Positions 1-6,084 of a DNA stretch of 25,249 bases are shown piece after piece (position 1 is the first letter of the stretch; each line of letters opens with the position of its first letter). The position numbers and the translations under genes were made by a program. Source of the DNA: an uncultured archaeon (lineage in GTDB: Archaea; Iainarchaeota; Iainarchaeia; Iainarchaeales; CSSED10-239); the NCBI GenBank assembly GCA_964463155.1, contig CAYXAY010000009.1, positions 1-25,249 on the forward strand, written 5' to 3'. The notes beneath the pieces were generated by a model. It did not search any database and was not told the DNA's origin. It saw only the letters and a program-made list of their open reading frames with translations.

Positions 1-147
1 TATTATTATAATTAATTATATATATTATTATAATTAATTATATATATTATTATAACTAATTATATATTTAATTATAACTAATTATATATATTATTATAAT
101 TAATTATATATATTATTATAATTAATTATATATATTATTATAATTAA
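1..147. repeat. Tandem repeat with a 22-bp unit ATTATTATAATTAATTATATAT: 6 full copies plus a partial one, running off the 5' edge of the window
   Basis: Counted directly. Units lie at 2-23, 24-45, 46-67, 68-89, 90-111 and 112-133, with a partial unit at 134-147. Copies 3 and 4 carry an A-to-C variant (AACTAATT), and copy 4 starts TTAATT. There are no unique spacers between units. Confidence 0.9.
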
Positions 148-248
148 CAATAAAAGTTATAAATTATACATAATAATAACATTATAATTGTACATAACAA
201 TACTTATAATATGATAAAACTCAAATACAAGAACTATGGGGCATCCGT

Positions 249-920
249 ATGAATAAAATACAATGTAGTTATATAAAATATAAATTTATATTTAATAATA
301 ATATTAAACACTCCTCATATCTATATCAAAAAGTGTTTAGATCAATATATGGATATACTCAAAATGTCACAAAGAAAGACAAAAAAACATATTTGTATCA
401 CAGAATAGGAGTTTTAGAAAACATACCATATATTAGACCAGGAAAAAATAGTGTGATTATTCCATTAAACACAGAACATAGTTTAATTAATTTTTTTAAT
501 ATTGGAACAACACCTACTCATCATTTCAGGGAAAAAGGAGATTGGAATATTAACTACAGTATTGAAAAAATAGAAATTAATGATATAGATATTATTAGAA
601 CCATTGAAAAATATATAGACTCATTAGTTATTATTTCAATAGACGGAAATAATAAAAAATTAACAGATGAACTTAATAAAATAATTGAAGACACAGAATA
701 TTTATATAAATATAAAAAAGCAAATAAATACAATCTTTTAAATAAAATCAAACAAATACAAGAAATTGATTGGTTTGTTAAATGTAAAAAATCTGAAAGA
801 ATAACTAATTTCTATAATACTATAGAAAAAGTAAAAAATATAATATATTCAAACAACTATACAACACCAATAAATAAAGGTAAAGAAGGCGAATTAAACT
901 ACAATAAAGAAGAGAACTAA
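249..920 (+). CDS. Hypothetical protein (223 aa), ORFan, extremely N/K/I/Y-rich
   Basis: ATG-initiated 223-codon ORF in very AT-rich DNA, where stop codons should be frequent, so it is unlikely to be open by chance. The N-terminal ~80 aa have a beta-alpha-beta pattern (YKFIF..YLYQKVFRSIYGY..NSVIIPL) that vaguely resembles Cas2/PaaX_C-type ferredoxin folds. I cannot assign a family. Confidence 0.55.
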   Translation: MNKIQCSYIKYKFIFNNNIKHSSYLYQKVFRSIYGYTQNVTKKDKKTYLYHRIGVLENIPYIRPGKNSVIIPLNTEHSLINFFNIGTTPTHHFREKGDWNINYSIEKIEINDIDIIRTIEKYIDSLVIISIDGNNKKLTDELNKIIEDTEYLYKYKKANKYNLLNKIKQIQEIDWFVKCKKSERITNFYNTIEKVKNIIYSNNYTTPINKGKEGELNYNKEEN

Positions 921-937
921 AGATTATTCCAATTTTT

Positions 938-1441
938 TTATTTTTCTATAATTATAATATTTTTCTTCCAAGTTCTTTTCTTTCTAGAATTATTTAATTT
1001 TATCAAATTAATGTCAGTTAATGTTTTTATATAAGGATAAAGACTTTTTTCATTTTGATATTCAACATTATATTGTAATTTTATTCTGCCCTTTAATTCT
1101 TCCATATCTATCCAATCATCTTCCGGAATACAATTAATTATATGTTCTGCTTGAGTATTTTCTCTTACTTTTATTATATCCCAAATTGTATTTATTTTTT
1201 TTGTATCAATTTCAGAAACATCAAATATCTTTGCTGTATCAGTTTTAGAATAAGTGTTTTGCAAATTTATTTGAGATTGAGTCTGCGTTTTTGTATTTGT
1301 TAGATCTTGGTTTAATTGAATATTTGAGTAATTACTGTAATTATTTTGAAAAGTTTCCTGGTAATTACTGTCTTTACTATTAGTTTTATCTTTCTTTATC
1401 ACACCAAGTTTTTGTAAAAGCTTTCGAAATATATTAATCAT
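938..1441 (-). CDS. Hypothetical protein (167 aa) with a Q/N/T-rich low-complexity N-terminus and a possible winged-helix C-terminal domain
   Basis: ATG start at 1441. The C-terminal ~90 aa (IWDIIKVRENTQAEHIINCIP..SLYPYIKTLTDINLIKLNNSRKKRTWK) look like a wHTH with a wing. The 5' coding part carries GTAATTAC motifs read in frame as Ser-Asn-Tyr. The gene is convergent with the 249-920 ORF. Confidence 0.5.
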   Translation of the reverse strand: MINIFRKLLQKLGVIKKDKTNSKDSNYQETFQNNYSNYSNIQLNQDLTNTKTQTQSQINLQNTYSKTDTAKIFDVSEIDTKKINTIWDIIKVRENTQAEHIINCIPEDDWIDMEELKGRIKLQYNVEYQNEKSLYPYIKTLTDINLIKLNNSRKKRTWKKNIIIIEK

Positions 1442-1738
1442 ATAATAAATAGTAATTACCGTAATTATTTTAAAATGATTGGTAATTACAGTAATTATAT
1501 TTAGCCATTTTTAGTTATTACAGTAATTACTAATAAGTGAAATTTTAGTAAATAATAATCAATATATTTTATGTATAAATTAGTAATAAAACACACAAAA
1601 AATAAACTCAATTAAGAGTAGTTATTAAAAAATACAAAGTAATTACTACAAAATAAAGAAAAAATACAAGTAATTACTGCATTTAATGCAAAAAACACCT
1701 AATTTTCACATAAAAAAGCAAAAAATACCGGCAATTAC
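1328..1738. repeat. Phased, iteron-like array of the 8-bp palindrome GTAATTAC and near-copies
   Basis: Perfect GTAATTAC starts at 1328, 1361, 1452, 1482, 1523, 1639 and 1670. One-mismatch copies are GTAATTAT at 1337, 1461 and 1491, GTTATTAC at 1514 and GCAATTAC at 1731. The composite GTAATTAC-N-GTAATTAT occurs at 1328-1344, 1452-1468 and 1482-1498. Start-to-start spacings are 30, 32, 31 and 61 bp. Confidence 0.85.
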
Positions 1739-1872
1739 TAAAATAAAGTAATAATATTTAGTTATAGACCAATTTATTTGAGATTCAATTTAAGTCAAAT
1801 CTGTCCGAGAAATAGTGCGTTTTAGGTTTAATTAACAATCAATTATTACAAAGAAAAATATTAAAATAAGAA

Positions 1873-1947
1873 TAGCGGAGGATGGATTTGAACCATCGAC
1901 CTTCGGGTTATGAGCCCGACGGGCACTCCAGACTGCCCCACCCCGCT
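1873..1947 (-). tRNA. Initiator tRNA-Met (CAU), archaeal type
   Basis: Reverse complement reads AGCGGGGTGGGGCAGTCTGGAGTGCCCGTCGGGCTCATAACCCGAAGGTCGATGGTTCAAATCCATCCTCCGCTA. It has a 7-bp acceptor stem with an A1:U72 pair, an anticodon stem ending in three G:C pairs, the loop CTCATAA and the T-loop TTCAAAT. No CCA is encoded. Confidence 0.9.
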
Positions 1948-2081
1948 TATAGGTCTTTTCAAAAAACAAATTAGCTTTATTCTTGAAGGTATAATATAAT
2001 TACTATACAAAAGCTATTTAAATAAATTCTATTTTATACATTTTACAGAATTACTGAAAAATTAGCAAAATCAAAAAATAT

Positions 2082-2660
2082 CTAATCACAGATATATCCT
2101 GCGGTTTTATCTTCTATTTTATTCACAATAGCTTGCAGCTTTTCAATATTCTTAGATATTAAAACCCTTTTCTTTTTCAAACTATTTGTTAGATTCTTTG
2201 AATCTATCATTTCAAGACTTTTATCGCAATTAGGGCATTTAAAATTATAAGCAGCAGCTACTTCAAAAGGTGCCTCTATACACTTTTTAGGACAATAAAA
2301 ATAATCCCTACCTTGTTGTTGACTTAAACTTTCCTCTATTTTCTTAAGATTATAAATCTCAGTTTCCATAACTAGCTCTATAATCTTCTTAAATTTAATT
2401 TCCCAATAAAAATCAAATAAATTTTGATTATTTCTAACTTTCTTATAACAAGCAATCCCTCTATAGTGAAGACTATTAAGAGTGGATCTTATTGTAGTTA
2501 TTTTTTTCCTTAGCTTTTCAGCCATTTCTTCAGGAGAATAAGTCTTATTAGTATTATATAATTTTATAATTTCGGGAGCCAATGGACCAGCAACTTGTTC
2601 AAGAAATTGTTTTGTTGTTTTATCCAATAAAATTTCTTTTTTAAGTTTGTTTACAGTCAT
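2082..2660 (-). CDS. tfe: Transcription factor E, alpha subunit (TFE-alpha / TFIIE-alpha homolog)
   Basis: 192 aa. The N-terminal extended winged helix (EEMAEKLRKKITTIRSTLNSLHYRGIACYKKVRN..FYWEI) is followed by a zinc ribbon (FYCPKKC...FKCPNC). Confidence 0.8.
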   Translation of the reverse strand: MTVNKLKKEILLDKTTKQFLEQVAGPLAPEIIKLYNTNKTYSPEEMAEKLRKKITTIRSTLNSLHYRGIACYKKVRNNQNLFDFYWEIKFKKIIELVMETEIYNLKKIEESLSQQQGRDYFYCPKKCIEAPFEVAAAYNFKCPNCDKSLEMIDSKNLTNSLKKKRVLISKNIEKLQAIVNKIEDKTAGYICD

Positions 2661-2735
2661 CTATTAGCTCTCTCCCTAATAAAAATAGAAAAATTATATA
2701 ATGTTAAGTACCAAACTAATTATAAACAGATATTT

Positions 2736-3281
2736 CTATTTTTTTATAATTTTTTTATTAGAATTGCTAGGTATAATTTTTAACTTGCCATCATCAAAAT
2801 TCCTTTCAAGACAAGAATTATCCAAAAAATACAACATTAGTGCAAGAGCCGACACTTCGCTATGTGGTTGATTACCTATAGCTATATTATAATCGGCAAT
2901 TTCAAAATATTCCGTTGGAACTTTTGCGCCTCCAACAATTAATAGAACATCTTTATTTTTCCTTATCTTTTTTAATTCATTAATTTTATCCAAAACAGAA
3001 AGACCATACATAGTAAGGTGAATGACCAAGCCACCATTATACTTAAAATTCTTCACAAACTCCAAAGGCCCAGGACAATAACTTATTTGGTAATTACCAC
3101 CCCAATTTTCATTGGTTTTAGTAATTACTGTAATTATGCCTTTATCTTCGGTTCCAGAAAACAAAAAATCGTCAACTCCAAAGGCCCTTGCGACGAGAGC
3201 ACAATGAGTTGTGATTCGTTTGTCTCTATAAGGCCTGTGATCCAATCTAAGTATAGTAAGTTTATAAACATTTTGAGTCAT
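2736..3281 (-). CDS. trm56: tRNA (cytidine56-2'-O)-methyltransferase aTrm56 (SPOUT family)
   Basis: LTILRLDHRPYRDKRITTHCALVARAFG and NENWGGNYQ match the aTrm56 pattern as I remember it. The track start at 3302 is a TTG inside the TATA-like run. The ATG at 3281 (MTQNVYKLTILRLDHR) fits the family N-terminus and the promoter spacing better. Confidence 0.82.
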   Translation of the reverse strand: MTQNVYKLTILRLDHRPYRDKRITTHCALVARAFGVDDFLFSGTEDKGIITVITKTNENWGGNYQISYCPGPLEFVKNFKYNGGLVIHLTMYGLSVLDKINELKKIRKNKDVLLIVGGAKVPTEYFEIADYNIAIGNQPHSEVSALALMLYFLDNSCLERNFDDGKLKIIPSNSNKKIIKK

Positions 3282-3304
3282 AAATATAATATATATACTC
3301 AACT

Positions 3305-3322
3305 AGTTTATATATATTTTCG
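3305..3322. promoter_or_regulatory. TATA-like element (TTTATATATATTTT) in the divergent trm56 / tRNA-cluster intergenic region, possibly bidirectional
   Basis: AT-only run about 30-45 bp upstream of the tRNA-Lys 5' end (3352) and about 25-40 bp upstream of the trm56 ATG (3281). Confidence 0.35.
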
Positions 3323-3351
3323 ACATAGACCTAAGACCCTTAAAAACTATT

Positions 3352-3425
3352 GGATCTGTAGCTCAGCTTGGTAGAGCACGGGACTTTTAATCCCGGTGTC
3401 GAGGGTTCGAATCCCTCCAGGTTCA
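3352..3425 (+). tRNA. tRNA-Lys (UUU)
   Basis: Cloverleaf folded by hand. Acceptor GGATCTG/CAGGTTC (two G:U pairs), D-arm GCTC..GAGC, anticodon stem CGGGA/TCCCG with loop CTTTTAA, T-arm GAGGG-TTCGAAT-CCCTC. 74 nt, no CCA. Confidence 0.85.
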
Positions 3426-3429
3426 ATAG

Positions 3430-3503
3430 GGGCCCGTAGCTCAGCTTGGTAGAGCACAAGACTCTTAATCTTGGTGTCGTGGGTTCAAATCCCATCGGGC
3501 TCA
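3430..3503 (+). tRNA. tRNA-Lys (CUU)
   Basis: Acceptor GGGCCCG/CGGGCTC, anticodon stem CAAGA/TCTTG with loop CTCTTAA, T-arm GTGGG-TTCAAAT-CCCAT. 74 nt, only 4 nt after the previous tRNA. Confidence 0.9.
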
Positions 3504-3516
3504 CATAGTAAATAAC

Positions 3517-3590
3517 GAGACTGTAGCTCAGCCTGGGAGAGCAATAGGCTGAAGACCTATGTGTCGTGGGTTCAAATCCCACCAGTCTCA
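3517..3590 (+). tRNA. tRNA-Phe (GAA)
   Basis: Perfect acceptor GAGACTG/CAGTCTC, anticodon stem ATAGG/CCTAT with loop CTGAAGA, T-arm GTGGG-TTCAAAT-CCCAC. 74 nt. Confidence 0.92.
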
Positions 3591-3615
3591 TTTTACTAAT
3601 TTAGAGAAGCAAATT

Positions 3616-6072
3616 ATGGATAGAAATTTAACTCCAATGATGAAGCAATATCTGGAAACAAAAAAAGAATTTCCGGAAGGCATATTACTATTTAGAGCTG
3701 GAGATTTCTATGAAATGTTTTATGATGATGCAAAGATTGCATCCGCGATTCTAAATATTACATTGACAAAAAGGGGAAAAGGAGAAACCGAAGCTCCACT
3801 AGCTGGAATTCCCTATCACGCTTTGGATCCTTATGTATCTAAATTAATAAAAGCAGGAAAAAAAGTAGTTATCTGCGAGCAGATAGAAGATCCAAAATTT
3901 GCAAAGGGCTTAGTAAGAAGGGCAGTCACTAGAATAATCACCCCCAGCACGATTTTTTCAGAAAATTATGAAAACAATTATTTGTGTTCAATTTCAAAAC
4001 AAAAGGAAATATTTGGGTTTTCATTAATAGACATAACGACAGGCGAATTCAAAGCAAATTGTTTTGATACATTTAATGAAATCTTAAACGATTTATATTT
4101 GATTAAACCAAAAGAACTAATAATTACCAAAAACATACTTAACAACCAAGAATTGTTCGCGTCTCTTAAAAAAACAATACCAAATGCCATAATCAATTAC
4201 ACTGACAATACAGATTATGATTTATCTATTAAGAAACTGAAAGAACATTTCAGTATACATTTTAATTCATTCGGTATTTCTGAGAAAAAAGAAGTAATAA
4301 TATCATGCTATAACGCAATAAAGTATTTAAAAGAAACGCAATTTCTTGATTTATTATATATTAATAACATAAAAGAGTATGATCTTAATAAGTTCATAAG
4401 AATAGATAGAAAAACAGCAATGCATTTAGAGGTGGTATCTAATCTAAAAGACAATACCACAGAAAATAGTCTATTCTCCATAATAAACAACACAAAGACA
4501 GCACTAGGTTACAGAAAATTATATTTTGATTTATTGCATCCACTAACAGATAAACAAGAAATTATAAAAATAAATCACGCAGTAAAAGAAATTAAAGATA
4601 ACCTTTTTTTACAAGAGGAACTAAAAGAACATTTATCCTATGTTGGCGACTTGGAAAAAATAATTAGTAAAATTGGTTTTGGCAACGCTAATCCTAGGGA
4701 CCTTATAGCATTAAAGCAAAGTCTGGAAGTAATTCCAAGCATAAGAACAAGTCTTTATGAAGCCAATACCGAAAAATTAAAAGAAATAAAAGAAAATTTG
4801 CAAAGCCTGGATGAGATTACAACACTAATAAATGACGCAATAGCAGATTCTCCACCATTAAGTGTAAGAGAAGGCGGATTTATCAAGCCAGGCTATTCAA
4901 AGGAACTTTATGATATAGTTAATATTAACAAATCAACAAACGGCTGGCTTTTAGAATATGAAACAGAATTAAAACAAAAAACAAATCTTAAGTCTTTGAA
5001 ATTAAAATTTAATAAGATATTTGGTTATTATATTGAAATCCCCAAATCACAAACAGGCAACCTCCCTGATTTTTTTGAAAGAAAACAAACTCTTGTAAAT
5101 TGCGAAAGATACACAACAAAAGAATTGAGTGAAAAGGAATCATTAGTAATGCACGCAAAAGAAAGAAGAGAAATATTAGAATATGATTTGTTCCAAGAGG
5201 TTTGTAAAAAGATAATAAACTATCAAAACAACATACAAGAGATTGCAAGATATGTCGGCACATTAGATGAAATATATTCGTTTGCATGTATAAGTAATCA
5301 GAACAACTATTGTATGCCAGAACACAATTATTCAGACAAATTACAATTTAATAACTTAAGGCATCCATTAATAGAACTTCAAACAACATTTGTCCCAAAC
5401 GATTGCAATCTTAACGAAGAAAACAGAACCATGATAATTACTGGTCCGAACATGGCGGGGAAAAGCAGTTATATGAGAAGTGTGTGTATTGCACTAATTC
5501 TTGGACACGCGGGCTGTTTTGTTCCTGCCTCTTATGCAAATATAGGAAACATAGACGCCATTTTTTCAAGAGTAGGAGCTTCAGACGACATAACTCATGG
5601 GCAAAGCACGTTTTTAGTTGAAATGACAGAAGTGGCATACATCTTAAACAATGTTACAAATAGCAGCATAGTTATTCTTGATGAAATAGGCAGAGGCACA
5701 AGTACATATGATGGAATAAGTATCGCTTGGTCAGTTGCGGAACATTTACATAATAATATAAAATGCAAAACTCTTCTTGCAACACATTACCATATATTAA
5801 ACAAAATGGAAGAAATCTACAAAGGCATAAATAATTACCATGTGACTGCAAAAGAAGAAGGAGATAATCTTCATTTCTACCACAAATTACAAAACGGCGG
5901 AATAAACAAAAGTTACGGTATACAAGTTGCAAGTCTTGCGGGAATCAATAAAGAAATAATCAACAAAGCCCTAGAAATTCAAAGAGATTTGGAAAATGAT
6001 TCTTTCCTTAAAACGTCAGAAAACGTTCTAAAATCAAAACCTCAGGATTTTGAACAAAAAACCAGAGATTAA
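3616..6072 (+). CDS. mutS: DNA mismatch repair protein MutS (bacterial MutS1 type)
   Basis: 818 aa from the ATG at 3616. The upstream part of the track ORF overlaps tRNA-Phe. Motifs present: MMKQY, the GDFYEMFYDDA mismatch-binding Phe-x-Glu (3706-3714), the Walker A GPNMAGKSSYMRS (5443-), DEIGRGTSTYDG and THYH. Confidence 0.95.
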   Translation: MDRNLTPMMKQYLETKKEFPEGILLFRAGDFYEMFYDDAKIASAILNITLTKRGKGETEAPLAGIPYHALDPYVSKLIKAGKKVVICEQIEDPKFAKGLVRRAVTRIITPSTIFSENYENNYLCSISKQKEIFGFSLIDITTGEFKANCFDTFNEILNDLYLIKPKELIITKNILNNQELFASLKKTIPNAIINYTDNTDYDLSIKKLKEHFSIHFNSFGISEKKEVIISCYNAIKYLKETQFLDLLYINNIKEYDLNKFIRIDRKTAMHLEVVSNLKDNTTENSLFSIINNTKTALGYRKLYFDLLHPLTDKQEIIKINHAVKEIKDNLFLQEELKEHLSYVGDLEKIISKIGFGNANPRDLIALKQSLEVIPSIRTSLYEANTEKLKEIKENLQSLDEITTLINDAIADSPPLSVREGGFIKPGYSKELYDIVNINKSTNGWLLEYETELKQKTNLKSLKLKFNKIFGYYIEIPKSQTGNLPDFFERKQTLVNCERYTTKELSEKESLVMHAKERREILEYDLFQEVCKKIINYQNNIQEIARYVGTLDEIYSFACISNQNNYCMPEHNYSDKLQFNNLRHPLIELQTTFVPNDCNLNEENRTMIITGPNMAGKSSYMRSVCIALILGHAGCFVPASYANIGNIDAIFSRVGASDDITHGQSTFLVEMTEVAYILNNVTNSSIVILDEIGRGTSTYDGISIAWSVAEHLHNNIKCKTLLATHYHILNKMEEIYKGINNYHVTAKEEGDNLHFYHKLQNGGINKSYGIQVASLAGINKEIINKALEIQRDLENDSFLKTSENVLKSKPQDFEQKTRD

Positions 6073-6084
6073 AAGGCAAATAAA

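Noticed and set aside
1-147. The 22-bp repeat block as a CRISPR array
   Set aside because: The units are directly adjacent with no unique spacers, the unit is only 22 bp and A/T-only, and no cas genes are in the window. It is a plain tandem repeat.
3018-3374. The 118-aa + strand ORF
   Set aside because: It is antisense to the well-supported trm56 gene and runs into tRNA-Lys. It has no recognisable features.
3340-3615. The track ORF 3340-3591 (-) and the first 19 codons of the 3559-6072 ORF
   Set aside because: Both lie on top of three well-folding tRNA genes. Their translations (GFEPTT repeats) are simply the T-arms read as protein. MutS starts at the ATG at 3616 (MDRNLTPMMKQY).
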